Shown: positions 27,660-38,623 of the stretch, piece by piece | How positions within the stretch are numbered: the first letter of the stretch is position 1 | How the letters are laid out: the number at the start of each line of letters is the position of its first letter | Origin: an uncultured Planctomycetia bacterium | Lineage (GTDB): Bacteria; Omnitrophota; Gorgyraeia; JABMRG01 | Direction of reading: 5' to 3' | DNA: 64,000 nucleotides | Assembly: GCA_964634945.1 (NCBI GenBank) | Contig: CAZWMG010000001.1 | Location: forward strand, 2,405 to 66,404 | Program-made: the position numbers and the translations under genes | The notes under the pieces: model-generated | Seen by the model: the letters and a program-made list of their open reading frames with translations, nothing else | What the model was told of the DNA's origin: nothing | The model's database searches: none

Positions 27660-29576
27660 TTAAAAGTAATTTTGCAAGAATCGTGATATGCGAGTAACGG
27701 GGGAGCCGTCGTTTACAGCATAGCTCCTACCGGAGTATTCCATCATAGGCCTTAACATAAATAGATTCTCTTTAGCGCGTGTCATAGCGACATATAAAAG
27801 CCTTCTCTCCTCTTCTATCGAGCTTTCATCGCCAAATGATTGATATGAGGGTATGTGCCCTTCAGCGACATAAATAATAAAGACGGTATGCCATTCAAGG
27901 CCTTTAGCGGAGTGGACTGTTGATAATACAACATGATCTTTACTCTTGTCGTATTTATTGGCGTGTACAATATCCTTTTCAGGGGGTTCCAGCGCGATAT
28001 CAGTTAGAAATGTCTCAAGGTTGTCATAGTCAGCGGCTATCTTTTCAAGGCTTTCAAGATCATTTACGCGCTTATGATAATCATCGTAACGCTCCTTAAA
28101 GACAGGCTCGTAATATTCACAGAATGTTTTATATATATCAAGCGGCTGTTGATCCCCCTTGTCTATCTTTTCAAGGATATCCATTAACTTAGTTATCCGG
28201 GTATATTTTTCTATGAGTTTCTTATCCGCGGGAGAACTCTTCTCATTCATTACAAGCGCGTTAAACAATCGCTCGCAGGTCTTTGGGCCTACGCCACGGG
28301 TAAGTGAGAGCACCCTCTGCCAGCTTATCTCATCGCGCCTATTATGCGCTACGCGCATATAAGAGATCATGTCTTTTATGTGCGCGCTCTCTACAAACTT
28401 TTGGCCGCCGTATTTTACAAAAGGTATCCTGTGTTTGGAGAGCTCTATCTCAAGCGCGTTTGAATGCCACCCAGCTCGAAATAGTATAGCTATATCAGAG
28501 AGTTCTATGCCTTCGTATTTAAGTTCTGTAATCTTTTCAACTATATAATTTACCTGTTCCGCTTCGTTTTCGGGGCTTAAGTATAGCGGATGATTACCTT
28601 TTTTCTTGTTTGAGAATAGATTTTTGTTAAAACCCTCTGTCGCCTCGCCGATTACTACATTTGTAAGATCGAGTATCGGCTGGACAGACCTGTAGTTTTC
28701 CTCGAGAGTAATGACCTTAGCGTCCTTGAATAGTTTAGGAAAATCCATTATGTTTCTGAAATTAGCGCCCCTGAAAGAGTATATGCTTTGAGAGTCATCG
28801 CCTACAGCCATTATGTTATTATGAGATGAAAGCAGGAGATATAGTATATCGGCCTGGAGCTTGTTGGTATCCTGATATTCATCAACCATTACATATCTGT
28901 ATCTTTGTGAGAGTTTTTCGCGTATATCGTTATTGGAGCGGAGAAGTTCCTTAAGATAGACCAAGAGATCGTCGTAATCAAGAAGGTTCATCTTAAGTTT
29001 ATATTCAACATACCTCTGTTTTATTGTCTTTACATCTGAGGCGTATTCCATGAAATGCGGATATTCCATATCAATTATCGATTCTATGCTCTCTGATGTA
29101 TTTACGCTCTTTGAAATTATATTAAGAAGGGCTTTTTTCTTAGGAAAGCGCTTATCAAAACTATCCAGACCCATTTTTTTGCGTATTGAATTTATACTGT
29201 TTTGCGCGTCTGTCTGGTCCATGATGGTAAAGCTTGGGGGTAGTCCTATGCAGGGGCCGTATCTTCTCAATACCATATTAGCAAAGCTATGAAATGTTCC
29301 ACCTGATACCGCGTGACAGCGGCTATCGAGTATAGAGCCTGCTCGTGAGAGCATCTCCTGGGCTGCTTTACGGGTAAATGTAAGAAGGAGTATCTCCTTA
29401 GGCTCGACACCGCTCTCAACAAGATGCGCTACGCGGTATACGAGGATACGGGTCTTGCCGCTGCCCGCACCCGCTATAACAAGGCATGGCCCTTCTTTTA
29501 AGCGGACCGCCTCAAGCTGTGCCGGGTTTAACGCGTCTTTGTAATCGATTTTTGCGGTCTCTGTTTCTATTTTCAT
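27660..29576 (-). CDS. UvrD/Rep/PcrA family DNA helicase
   Basis: AGAGSGKT, VDEYQDTN, VGDDSQSIYSFRGA, STVHSAKGLEW, EERRLLYVAMTRA. Confidence 0.95.
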   Translation of the reverse strand: MKIETETAKIDYKDALNPAQLEAVRLKEGPCLVIAGAGSGKTRILVYRVAHLVESGVEPKEILLLTFTRKAAQEMLSRAGSILDSRCHAVSGGTFHSFANMVLRRYGPCIGLPPSFTIMDQTDAQNSINSIRKKMGLDSFDKRFPKKKALLNIISKSVNTSESIESIIDMEYPHFMEYASDVKTIKQRYVEYKLKMNLLDYDDLLVYLKELLRSNNDIREKLSQRYRYVMVDEYQDTNKLQADILYLLLSSHNNIMAVGDDSQSIYSFRGANFRNIMDFPKLFKDAKVITLEENYRSVQPILDLTNVVIGEATEGFNKNLFSNKKKGNHPLYLSPENEAEQVNYIVEKITELKYEGIELSDIAILFRAGWHSNALEIELSKHRIPFVKYGGQKFVESAHIKDMISYMRVAHNRRDEISWQRVLSLTRGVGPKTCERLFNALVMNEKSSPADKKLIEKYTRITKLMDILEKIDKGDQQPLDIYKTFCEYYEPVFKERYDDYHKRVNDLESLEKIAADYDNLETFLTDIALEPPEKDIVHANKYDKSKDHVVLSTVHSAKGLEWHTVFIIYVAEGHIPSYQSFGDESSIEEERRLLYVAMTRAKENLFMLRPMMEYSGRSYAVNDGSPVTRISRFLQNYF

Positions 29577-29667
29577 TTTCTAATGCTTAAAGTTAATGTT
29601 CTGGGTTTTAAAAATTAGAATTTCGAATTTGTTTAGAATTTAGATATTAGTGTTTAGGATTTAACCA

Positions 29668-30450
29668 TTATAGATTATCGGGTACTTTTGGAAAGTCGCC
29701 CTTAAGTGCGTTTTCGATCATCGTTTTAATCTCGCTGCTAAAATCTGAACTGAGTATCCATTCAAGGTAATTACGGTCACTTTTGGCAATAGCCTTTATA
29801 TGCTTTTTCTTTCTATATTTACCAAACATAGGGTATAGGTTTTTGTTCCACCAGCAGAATTTTCGCTCGCTGTCGAAATAAGCGCTCGACTGTTCATAAT
29901 CAAAGTCTCTCAATGATATTATCCCCTCATCCTGCTTACCGTATTTTGTTACCTGAGCATCGAGTATTTCAAGAGTCGCCTCCGCGTCACCTAATGCGGA
30001 ATGAGCATTAGTGAGTTCTTTATCACAGTATAGCTGATAAGCTGCCATGAGGTCCCTCTTTTCATGGATATGATATATCTTTTGCGCGTCATAGATATCA
30101 CGTTCTTTCCAGTGAAAACTAATCCCAGCCTCAAAAAATTCACGCTCAAGTACCGGGATGTCAAACCTCTGTATATTAAAACCGCCAAGGTCTGAATCTC
30201 CGATAAAATCCAGGACCTCTTTAGCTATATCCTTAAAAGGCGGCGCGTCTTTTAAGTCATCGTCAGTAATACCTATAATGCGTATAACATTGATTGGTAT
30301 GGGTATGCCCGGATTGACGCGCTTGACATAATCGTGCCTAGTGCCATCAGGCATGATTTTTATCATGCCTATTTCGACTATCTTATCTCTCTCGACCCAG
30401 ATGCCGGTTGTCTCGAGATCAAATACAACTAAAGGTTTTTTTGTGTTCAT
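29668..30450 (-). CDS. DnaQ-like 3'-5' exonuclease (DEDDh)
   Basis: FDLETTG, FN..FD, AHSALGD. Confidence 0.9.
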   Translation of the reverse strand: MNTKKPLVVFDLETTGIWVERDKIVEIGMIKIMPDGTRHDYVKRVNPGIPIPINVIRIIGITDDDLKDAPPFKDIAKEVLDFIGDSDLGGFNIQRFDIPVLEREFFEAGISFHWKERDIYDAQKIYHIHEKRDLMAAYQLYCDKELTNAHSALGDAEATLEILDAQVTKYGKQDEGIISLRDFDYEQSSAYFDSERKFCWWNKNLYPMFGKYRKKKHIKAIAKSDRNYLEWILSSDFSSEIKTMIENALKGDFPKVPDNL

Positions 30451-30464
30451 AATTTATAATGGGC

Positions 30465-31232
30465 TTATATCAGTTCAATATCCGTCTTTTTTACCCAACC
30501 CTGTTTACCATCTGAACGCTTTATCTTGAAGTATTCGCCGTTTGTAGCGATTACCTGGACTTCCTCTCCTTCGTAGAGCGTGAAAAAGGTCGTGGCGTTA
30601 TCAAGCGGCTCGAACTTGGAATCTGTCTCTCTTTTAATTACTATCGCGTCTTTCCTGGTAACTTCGGCTCTAAATTTTACGGCAAATATCGTAAGAGAGC
30701 CCGCGAGCATAATTGTTATAAGGATATAAAGAAATATGAATGTTTTTTTGAATAGTTTCAGATATAGTCCGGTTATTATTACGACGCATAAGAGGATATA
30801 TAGAAAAATTGATATTGATGTAATCTTGTTAAGGCTAAAGAGGCTTGTAAGCTTCAGAAAGCTACGTATAAGCCAGGGCTTTTTTATGCTTATAAGCCCA
30901 CCCTGAATAAGTGATCGTGCGTATGCTAAGTTGGACCTTATGTCCGGGTCCCCGGGATTAATCTTGCTTGCCCGCAGATAGCATATTATGGCTTTTCCAA
31001 GATTGCCGTTCTTAAAATACGTGTTGCCGAGATTATAGTATAACGGACTGCTCTCAAAGCCGCAGTTTAGGGCTTTATTATAGGAGTCTATGGCATCTTG
31101 AAGATTATTATCACTATAATAAATATTGCCCTGATAGAATAATTCCCTTAAGCCGTCTTTATCGTCCGCGTAGGAAAATCCAACAAAGAGAAACAGAAAT
31201 ACGGATAGCGTTACCAGAAAGCGTCTCATCAT
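30465..31232 (-). CDS. batE: BatE-like TPR/SH3 protein
   Basis: TPR YYNLGNTYFK, two TM, C-terminal GKQGWV SH3-like; position in the Bat operon. Confidence 0.8.
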   Translation of the reverse strand: MMRRFLVTLSVFLFLFVGFSYADDKDGLRELFYQGNIYYSDNNLQDAIDSYNKALNCGFESSPLYYNLGNTYFKNGNLGKAIICYLRASKINPGDPDIRSNLAYARSLIQGGLISIKKPWLIRSFLKLTSLFSLNKITSISIFLYILLCVVIITGLYLKLFKKTFIFLYILITIMLAGSLTIFAVKFRAEVTRKDAIVIKRETDSKFEPLDNATTFFTLYEGEEVQVIATNGEYFKIKRSDGKQGWVKKTDIELI

Positions 31233-33085
31233 GTTTTTATCTTTCCCATCTTAGAAATAATATTCTCAAGCATCTTAAAGGTGCTCTTTACCTCTTCTTC
31301 CTGGATAGCCGATGGCGCGTAACGCGATCTGTCACACATATTAAAGCAAGCTTTTAATTCATCCAATATATCGGGATTTACGTCCCGCGCTTTAAGCTTC
31401 TCTATTACATCCGATGATATGCCCGCTGTTGAAAGGTGGAACTTGTCGCCGATATACTCCTGCAAGGTCTTAAAAACAGCGTCATAAAACTTGGATTTGT
31501 CTTTAGCGTTGAGTAGGCTGGCAACTTTTATCAGGTTCTGTTTTGCTTTGCGAGGTGCCGCTATGCTGCGCGCGTAACGCACATCCAGGGCAAGATAATG
31601 TTTTCTGGCCTGCGTGATAATAGTTAAGATAACAGCCAGTGCCGGCAGAAATAGCAAGACCAGTAAAAGCTCATTTTTGCAAAGCAGGGCGCCTTTTCTG
31701 TATACAATGCCCGGGTTTTCTTTAAGATATACTATATCCTTGCCAAAGGTCTCTACTCTTTTCATCTTCTCGGTAGAGTCTTTGGACATTTCGAATACCT
31801 TTAGCTCCCGGCCTTTTTCTAATGGCGTGACATTAATGGGTACAGCGGCGGTTGTAATAGTCTTATATGTTTTTGTATTTGTGTTAAAGAAGCTGAAACT
31901 TATTGGTGGTATCTGTGTTATCTTATCATTTCTGGGCACTACGACCTGCTTAAATACCTTTGATCTCGCCTCCTGCGTGATCTCAGGCTCATATGTCTTA
32001 AACGGCTCTGTTGTCTTAATAGTTGGTGGATTTACTGTATTGAAATTCCCTGTTCCGGTGACTGTCATGGTCAAGGTTATGGGATCGCCAACCTGAACAT
32101 CTTTAGGGCTGATTCCCAACTTAAAATTAAAGTTTCCCAGCGCGCCATTGAAAGACTCAGGCTTACCATCTTCAGGCAGCGCCATAATAGTAATAGGCAC
32201 GCTTATTGATTTGACGATTACGGGATACTTTTCATATTGCCCAAAGAAGTTACCAAAAATATTAGAACCAAAGAAGCTGTCGTCAAGAGGAGATGAGCCC
32301 CTCCTCTTGTTTTGCCTTGAACGCGTAACAACATTACAGCTTACCTCAGTAGGTTTTAGCTTGAATTCACCGGGGTAGAGGCCATATATATCTGTGCTAA
32401 AATCTATGACATTATAAGCTATGCCGTTTAAGGCCTCTTTGTATTGTTTGGGTTGAGCGAACTTATCTACAAGAAAGGCGCTATTATCAATAAGCGGGAA
32501 CTCGATATCTCGCACAGAAAGGTTGCTTATGTATAGCTTTATAGTCGCGTGTATCTTCTCATTCACATAGGCATTATCTTTTGACAGGTTAATTGTCATA
32601 AACAACTTATCATCAAGTACTTTTTCGCTCCTTTGTTGGGCCCGGTTATCTCCTATTTGGGGTTGGCTTTGACCTGATGAAGAAGAAACGGCCCTTATTT
32701 GTATTGCCTCCGATGAGTAGGTTTTGCTGTTATATTCTATAGATAGTGATGGGATAGTCAGGTTGCCTGTCTTTTCGGGCACAATAAAATAAGTATGCGT
32801 TACGGACCTCTCAACTCGTCCATTGACCATTGACATGAAGGTAGACGGCCCTATGTAGCGCCATTTAAAATTTGGGATATCGGGTATGGTCGGGACATTG
32901 ATATCCTGCATACCGGTAAAAACGAGGCTAAGCTCTGTACCTGAACCTACTTGAACAACATTGTTATCTACCGTCGCCTCAAAGCTTGTCTCTTTAGCGA
33001 ATGATATGCCTGTGCATAAAAAAATACCGCACGATATTACTAAAAACGATTTCACAGCGTAGTTATTTTTGAATGCTCTCATCAT
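31229..33085 (-). CDS. batD: BatD family protein
   Basis: Signal peptide, Ig-like repeats, GNFNF..VQVGDPITL..GTGN, C-terminal TM. Confidence 0.85.
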   Translation of the reverse strand: MMRAFKNNYAVKSFLVISCGIFLCTGISFAKETSFEATVDNNVVQVGSGTELSLVFTGMQDINVPTIPDIPNFKWRYIGPSTFMSMVNGRVERSVTHTYFIVPEKTGNLTIPSLSIEYNSKTYSSEAIQIRAVSSSSGQSQPQIGDNRAQQRSEKVLDDKLFMTINLSKDNAYVNEKIHATIKLYISNLSVRDIEFPLIDNSAFLVDKFAQPKQYKEALNGIAYNVIDFSTDIYGLYPGEFKLKPTEVSCNVVTRSRQNKRRGSSPLDDSFFGSNIFGNFFGQYEKYPVIVKSISVPITIMALPEDGKPESFNGALGNFNFKLGISPKDVQVGDPITLTMTVTGTGNFNTVNPPTIKTTEPFKTYEPEITQEARSKVFKQVVVPRNDKITQIPPISFSFFNTNTKTYKTITTAAVPINVTPLEKGRELKVFEMSKDSTEKMKRVETFGKDIVYLKENPGIVYRKGALLCKNELLLVLLFLPALAVILTIITQARKHYLALDVRYARSIAAPRKAKQNLIKVASLLNAKDKSKFYDAVFKTLQEYIGDKFHLSTAGISSDVIEKLKARDVNPDILDELKACFNMCDRSRYAPSAIQEEEVKSTFKMLENIISKMGKIKT

Positions 33086-33140
33086 ATGTTAAAACCTTTG
33101 TAACATTTGCAACCTATGCAACCTATGCAACATCAGAAAA

Positions 33141-34118
33141 CTACCAGTCCTTGTCAACATCCGGCATATTGCCGGTCTCAATCTTCTGCTTATATAGCCC
33201 TTTTGGTTCTTCATCATGGCGATAATTATCTAGGAGCATGGATGCCTGTCTGGCTGACATCTCTTCCTGTTTTTTATCTTGCCCCTTGCCCCTTGCCCCT
33301 TGTGCTTTTTGTTCCTGTTGCTCTTGCCCCTCTTTATCTTGTTCCTTGCCCCCTGTGTCCCGTGCCTCTTCTTGTTGCTTCTCTTTCTCTTGCTCCTTGT
33401 CCTTTTCGCCTTGTTGCTGGTCTTGTTTTTTGTCTTCTTGTTTGTCCTGCTTGTTTTGTTTTTTCTTATCTTGTTGCTCTTGGTCGTTCTCCTGCTCTTG
33501 CTTCTCTTCCTGGTCCTTGTCCCTTGCGTCTTGTGTCTTTTGTTGCTGTCGATCCTGTTGTTTATCTCCTTGGTCTTTCTGGTCTTTTTTCTCGTCCCCC
33601 TGCGGTTGAGTCTTCTCCTGCTGTTTTTGCTTTTCCTGGAGGCGCTTGAGTTCTTTTTTTACATATTCATAATTAAATATAGCATCTTTATCTTCCTTGT
33701 CAAGCTCTAAAGCCTTCTCGTAATGCCTTATAGATTCAATAAGAAGATCAATAGCCTCTTGCAGATTAGACTCCTCTTTAGACGCCCCATACATGTATTC
33801 GGAATTGGCCAGGTTGTATGATGTCTGTTGACTTAAATCTTCATCTTCACCGGTCTCATCCGTCAATGCGCGATTGAAGAAATTAACTGCTTTTTCATAA
33901 TCATTTAATTTATACGCGGCTGCGCCTATATTATAATTGACTATACCTGAATTAGGATCAGCGGATGACGCTTTCTCATAGTGAGCAAGTGATTCCTTGA
34001 ATTCGCCCTTATCGTAAAGAAGATTACCCTTCTTTACCTCTTTTTTGGCGCTTCCCTTAGCATAGCAGGGCATAGCTACGATCAGCATCAATATAGTTAT
34101 TAGTGCGATATTTTTCAT
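33141..34118 (-). CDS. batC: BatC-like TPR protein with Q/K/D/E-rich linker
   Basis: TPRs, low-complexity linker, C-terminal DKDW. Confidence 0.8.
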   Translation of the reverse strand: MKNIALITILMLIVAMPCYAKGSAKKEVKKGNLLYDKGEFKESLAHYEKASSADPNSGIVNYNIGAAAYKLNDYEKAVNFFNRALTDETGEDEDLSQQTSYNLANSEYMYGASKEESNLQEAIDLLIESIRHYEKALELDKEDKDAIFNYEYVKKELKRLQEKQKQQEKTQPQGDEKKDQKDQGDKQQDRQQQKTQDARDKDQEEKQEQENDQEQQDKKKQNKQDKQEDKKQDQQQGEKDKEQEKEKQQEEARDTGGKEQDKEGQEQQEQKAQGARGKGQDKKQEEMSARQASMLLDNYRHDEEPKGLYKQKIETGNMPDVDKDW

Positions 34119-35122
34119 CTTGAGTTTTTGTTTGTTATTATCATTTCCATCAATAAAAGTATCAGCGCGATCGCCAGAGGTATCTGAAAACGCTCAAAAT
34201 ATATCTTATCCATTTTTGCTTTTACATCCCTACGCTCCATGGCAGAGAGTTTCTTATCATATATAATATCTAACCCAAAATCAGCGCCGCTTGAACGTAC
34301 ATACATGCCATTAGTAGCTACGGCAAGCTGTTTGAGCACGGTCTCGTTGAGCCTTGTCTTTATTATGTCGCCTTTTAAGTCTTTTAGGAATCTCCTCTTT
34401 CCGTTTCTGTCAGCTATCTGAATAAGATCACCTTCGGTTGTGCCAATGCCTATACAAAATATCCGTATATTTTTCTTTGCCGCCTCATCCGCTGTTTTTA
34501 CGGGGTCTCCTTCATGGTCCTCGCCATCCGTGATGAGGATTAGGATCTTATATTTGTTTTTAGCGTTCTCGCCTTCATAGCTGTTCATGGCAACCCTGAT
34601 AGCGCTTGATATGGATGTGCCGCCCCTTGGGATAGAAGTAGTGGTTAGATCATCAAGTGCCATCACAAAACCATTATAATCTGATGTTAAGGGGCATTGT
34701 AAAAAAGCTGTGCCTGAAAAAGCGATGAGTCCGACTCTATCGCCTTTTAGTTTTTTAAGCAGGTCTTTGACAGCGAGTTTCGATCTTTCTAATCTGTTAG
34801 GCTTCACATCTACCGCTAGCATACTCTTTGATGTGTCTATCGCTATGAGGATATCAAGGCTCTTCCTGTTTACCTTCTGCCATTTGAACCCCCATTGAGG
34901 CCGCATAAGCGCCAACAGGCAAAAGACAAATACCATTACGAGCAAAACATTTTTTATTATCTGTTTTTTTCTATTTAAGGAGCCCGCTATCTCTGAAAGG
35001 AGTTGTTTCTCAGCGAATCTGCGCATTAGCGCCTGTCTTAGCTTGAATGACCATACAAAAAAAAGCGCTAGAGCCAGGATAACCCAGAAATAGACACTAA
35101 TATAAAGGTTCGCGAATCTCAT
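34115..35122 (-). CDS. batB: BatB-like VWA protein
   Basis: RPQWG, DTSKSM MIDAS, LITDGEDHEG. Confidence 0.85.
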   Translation of the reverse strand: MRFANLYISVYFWVILALALFFVWSFKLRQALMRRFAEKQLLSEIAGSLNRKKQIIKNVLLVMVFVFCLLALMRPQWGFKWQKVNRKSLDILIAIDTSKSMLAVDVKPNRLERSKLAVKDLLKKLKGDRVGLIAFSGTAFLQCPLTSDYNGFVMALDDLTTTSIPRGGTSISSAIRVAMNSYEGENAKNKYKILILITDGEDHEGDPVKTADEAAKKNIRIFCIGIGTTEGDLIQIADRNGKRRFLKDLKGDIIKTRLNETVLKQLAVATNGMYVRSSGADFGLDIIYDKKLSAMERRDVKAKMDKIYFERFQIPLAIALILLLMEMIITNKNSR

Positions 35123-35129
35123 ATTACCC

Positions 35130-36125
35130 TTATGGTAACCTCCTTAAGAACGTGTTGGATAGTATGATCTCTAACAATAAAAGCATAAGCGCTATTATCA
35201 GAAAGAGAGGGAAAAGTTCGGCATAACGTGTAAAGCCCACATCTTCGACAGGGGTCTTTTCAAGGGCATCTATCTCTTTGTATATCTGCGTCAATGATTT
35301 TGTATCAGTTGCCCTGTAGTATTTACCATTAGTCTCTTTAGCTATCTCTTTTAATGTATCTTCATCTATCTCAATCTCGACATTTCTATAAACTATCTCG
35401 CCCCAGGCGGCCCTTACCGGATATGGGGCCACTCCTTTAGCGCCTGCGCCAACTGTATATATCTTTACGCCTAATGATTTGGCGGCCTCTGCCGCGACAA
35501 AAGGCGATACCCTGCCGGCGTTATTTACCCCATCTGTTAAGAGTATGATTATCTTGCTCTTTGCCCGGCTCTCTCTTAGCCTGTTAAGGGATGACATTAT
35601 CGCGGATCCTATGGCTGTACCATCTTCTATGTCACCGATACGTATCCTATCAAGGTTCTTTACAAGCCATGGGTAATCAAGAGTTAAAGGACATACCGTA
35701 TAAGCTCGGGCAGCAAAAGCTACAATGCCTATCTTGTCATTGGTTCTCATACCGATAAAATCCTGCGCGACTTTTTTGACAACGACCAGCCTGTTCTGGC
35801 GCTTGTTATTTAATTTGAAATCTTCAGCAAGCATACTGCTTGAACAGTCTATTGCCAGGACTATATCTATGCCTTCGGCTTGAATCTTAGCGTTCTCAAT
35901 AGGTGATGATGGCCTTGCCAATGCTATCAGGAATAGGCAGATCGCTCCAAGCCGCAGCCACAAGAGGGCCTTTATGCCGATTAGCTTAAGGGTTATTTTT
36001 GGATTGTTTATGATCTCAAGCGAGGAGAACCTAATGTTAGCGGTTTTGGATTTTTTTGATAAGTAAAGGGCCCCCGCTAATATGAAAGGGATAAGAAAGA
36101 GTACCCAAAAATCACGAAATATCAT
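35130..36125 (-). CDS. batA: BatA-like VWA protein
   Basis: LARP, DCSSSM, GTAIG, LLTDGVNNAG, IDEDTLKEIA. Confidence 0.88.
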   Translation of the reverse strand: MIFRDFWVLFLIPFILAGALYLSKKSKTANIRFSSLEIINNPKITLKLIGIKALLWLRLGAICLFLIALARPSSPIENAKIQAEGIDIVLAIDCSSSMLAEDFKLNNKRQNRLVVVKKVAQDFIGMRTNDKIGIVAFAARAYTVCPLTLDYPWLVKNLDRIRIGDIEDGTAIGSAIMSSLNRLRESRAKSKIIILLTDGVNNAGRVSPFVAAEAAKSLGVKIYTVGAGAKGVAPYPVRAAWGEIVYRNVEIEIDEDTLKEIAKETNGKYYRATDTKSLTQIYKEIDALEKTPVEDVGFTRYAELFPLFLIIALMLLLLEIILSNTFLRRLP

Positions 36126-36658
36126 TCTTTGACAACCTTCTGCTCATCTTCAAGCTTTGTTTCATCAACGAGCTTTTTTGCTATGTTAAAACTTGTCTCT
36201 ATCTCTTCTTTATTTGGCCCATATTTGGCGAATTTCACAAGATCGCACTGATTTAAGAATTCTTTAATGATATTTTTCTGTACGTCCGTTAGGATATCAG
36301 AGTCTTTAAGGGAATATAAAAACTCCTCCGTAGTCATCTCGGGCGCTTTTAAGAAAAACCTATTCTCAATATAGGTACGCGCTATCTTTGATAGTTCAAA
36401 GTAATATTCTTTAGCCCTGCCCTTGTCAGGAAGGTTGCGCGATCTTAGGTTATCCAAGGCCTCATAGGCTATTTCATGTGGCTTCTTTATAGGCGCTAGA
36501 TGCTTGGACCTTATTAAGTCCGTTCGTTTTTTTAATATGCGCATTACGACATATACAAGTATGGCCACAATAATTACCGCTAGGATAATTATAAGTAGGA
36601 TATAACTTGTCTGAAAACTAAGAGGTGGCTTTATATCTTTTAAAACCGCGTTGTCCAT
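36122..36658 (-). CDS. Bat-operon single-TM protein (DUF4381-like)
   Basis: LKDIKPP, TM, EMTTEEF, DLVKFAK. Confidence 0.75.
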   Translation of the reverse strand: MDNAVLKDIKPPLSFQTSYILLIIILAVIIVAILVYVVMRILKKRTDLIRSKHLAPIKKPHEIAYEALDNLRSRNLPDKGRAKEYYFELSKIARTYIENRFFLKAPEMTTEEFLYSLKDSDILTDVQKNIIKEFLNQCDLVKFAKYGPNKEEIETSFNIAKKLVDETKLEDEQKVVKE

Positions 36659-36659
36659 C

Positions 36660-37538
36660 TTATGATAGCCTCTTTCTACGCATCTTAAAGAACCTTATAA
36701 GTTCTTTTGTGTAAGAGGAATTAGTGTATATGTCAATATTATCTATACCCGCGCCGCGAAGCAGTTCCTTGCGTTTTTGAAGCCTTTCCAAGGCACTATG
36801 CGTGTAGCTAGCGCGAAAACTCTTATCGCTGGTATCGATTGTGCGGTCCCGGACTGATTCCGCGTCATTTAACTTTATCAGGCCAACATCAGGCATATCG
36901 ACTTCACGGGGGTCTGTAATAGTAACAGCTATAACATCGTGACGCTTATTTGTTACGGATAGCCGCTTTTTGAAATCATCATCAAAAAAATCTGATATCA
37001 AAAATGTTATGGCCCTGCGTTTAATAACCCTGCTTAGATATTCGAGGGCAAGAGAGATATTAGTGCCCTTGCCTTCAGGCTTAAAGTATAGCGCCTCTCT
37101 TATTACTCTTAGGACATGCTTAAGGCCTTTATGGGGCGGTACAAATTTCTCTATCCTGTCAGTAAAGACAATAAGTCCAACCTTGTCATTATTTTGTGTC
37201 GCGGAAAACGCCAACACTGAAGAGAGCTCAGCGGCTATCTGGCTTTTAAGCTGTTGGGTAGACCCGAATTTGCAGGACATTGACGCGTCTAGCAGTATCA
37301 TCACTGTCAATTCTCTCTCTTCGACAAACTTCTTTATATGGGGAAGTCCTGTACGAGCGGTAACGTTCCAATCGATGCTTTGGATATCATCACCGGGCAT
37401 ATACTCTCTTACCTCGTCAAATTCCATGCCCTTGCCCTTGAATACGCTATGGTATTGCCCGGCAAAGAGATCCGTTACCATGCGGGACGTGGTAATCTGG
37501 ATCTTTCGTATCTTCTTAAGGACTTCCTTGGGTATCAT
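36660..37538 (-). CDS. DUF58 domain protein
   Basis: GMEFDEVREYMPGDDIQSIDWNVTAR, EERE, ISDF. Confidence 0.92.
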   Translation of the reverse strand: MIPKEVLKKIRKIQITTSRMVTDLFAGQYHSVFKGKGMEFDEVREYMPGDDIQSIDWNVTARTGLPHIKKFVEERELTVMILLDASMSCKFGSTQQLKSQIAAELSSVLAFSATQNNDKVGLIVFTDRIEKFVPPHKGLKHVLRVIREALYFKPEGKGTNISLALEYLSRVIKRRAITFLISDFFDDDFKKRLSVTNKRHDVIAVTITDPREVDMPDVGLIKLNDAESVRDRTIDTSDKSFRASYTHSALERLQKRKELLRGAGIDNIDIYTNSSYTKELIRFFKMRRKRLS

Positions 37539-38531
37539 TTACGGGACCTCTATCTCATCAAATATTTTCCTGATTATATCCTCGCCTGTCTTTTCTTCAG
37601 ATTCCGCCTCGTAGCTTATGGTAACACGGTGCCTTAAGACATCCATGCCTATGCTCTTAATATCCTGAGGTGTAACATAACCCCTGCCCTGAATAAAGGC
37701 GTATGCCTTGGCAGCGAGCCTTAAGTATATTGTCGCGCGAGGTGAAGCGCCATATTGTATAAGCCCTGAGAGTTCATCAAGTTTATATTTTTCAGGTTCT
37801 CTTGTAGCGAAAACTATATCAAGGATGTATTTTTCAAGCTTTTCATCTATGTATATCTCATCTACTACTGAACGGGCGTTCATGATGTCTTTTGGCTCAA
37901 TTACACTCTGTAATTCAAATTTATTCTGCGTGAAACTCATCCTTTTGAGTATCTCGTGTTCCTCTTCTATCGTAGGGTACGTTATCATAATCTTTAGCAT
38001 AAAACGATCGACCTGGGCCTCAGGCAGCGGGTATGTACCTTCCTGCTCAATGGGGTTTTGCGTCGCCATTACCAGAAAAGGCTGGTCAAGTTTGAATGTC
38101 TCCAATCCTATCGTGACCTCCCTCTCCTGCATAGCCTCTAAAAGCGCGCTTTGTACCTTAGCCGGGGCCCTGTTTATCTCATCGGCCAGGATAACATTGG
38201 AGAATATGGGGCCTTTCTTTGTAGTAAAGGTGCCCTCTTTTGGATTATAGACCAGGGTTCCGATAATATCCGCGGGAAGAAGATCAGGGGTGAATTGTAT
38301 TCTCTGGAATTTGGTATTTATCGCCTGCGCAAGCGTTCTAATCGATAAGGTCTTGGCCAAACCGGGCACGCCCTCAACCAGGATGTGGCCGTTAGCGAGA
38401 ATGCCTACTAATAGCCTGTCGATAAGATATTGCTGGCCTACTATCACCTTCTGTATTTCGGTCTTTAGATTGCCAACGAACGCGCTCTCTTTCGCTACCT
38501 TTTCGTTAATCGCGCTTATGCCTTCCGTCAT
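37539..38531 (-). CDS. moxR: MoxR family AAA+ ATPase
   Basis: GVPGLAKT, RIQFTPDLLPAD, DEINRAPAKVQSALLEAM, NPIEQEGTYPLPEAQVDRF. Confidence 0.95.
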   Translation of the reverse strand: MTEGISAINEKVAKESAFVGNLKTEIQKVIVGQQYLIDRLLVGILANGHILVEGVPGLAKTLSIRTLAQAINTKFQRIQFTPDLLPADIIGTLVYNPKEGTFTTKKGPIFSNVILADEINRAPAKVQSALLEAMQEREVTIGLETFKLDQPFLVMATQNPIEQEGTYPLPEAQVDRFMLKIMITYPTIEEEHEILKRMSFTQNKFELQSVIEPKDIMNARSVVDEIYIDEKLEKYILDIVFATREPEKYKLDELSGLIQYGASPRATIYLRLAAKAYAFIQGRGYVTPQDIKSIGMDVLRHRVTISYEAESEEKTGEDIIRKIFDEIEVP

Positions 38532-38623
38532 GTTAAACCTCCTTTTTTAATTTTATGGTCATAATACAATTTTATGCATATAAGAAAAAAAATCAATAAA
38601 AAAATTTACATCGCGCTAAAATA

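Noticed and set aside
33107-33710. Cys/Leu-rich plus-strand ORFs
   Set aside because: Antisense shadows of the low-complexity Q/K/D/E linker of batC.
36970-38550. Long plus-strand ORFs (214 and 180 aa) and similar ORFs across the window
   Set aside because: They lie antisense to well-conserved genes and show no recognisable motifs.
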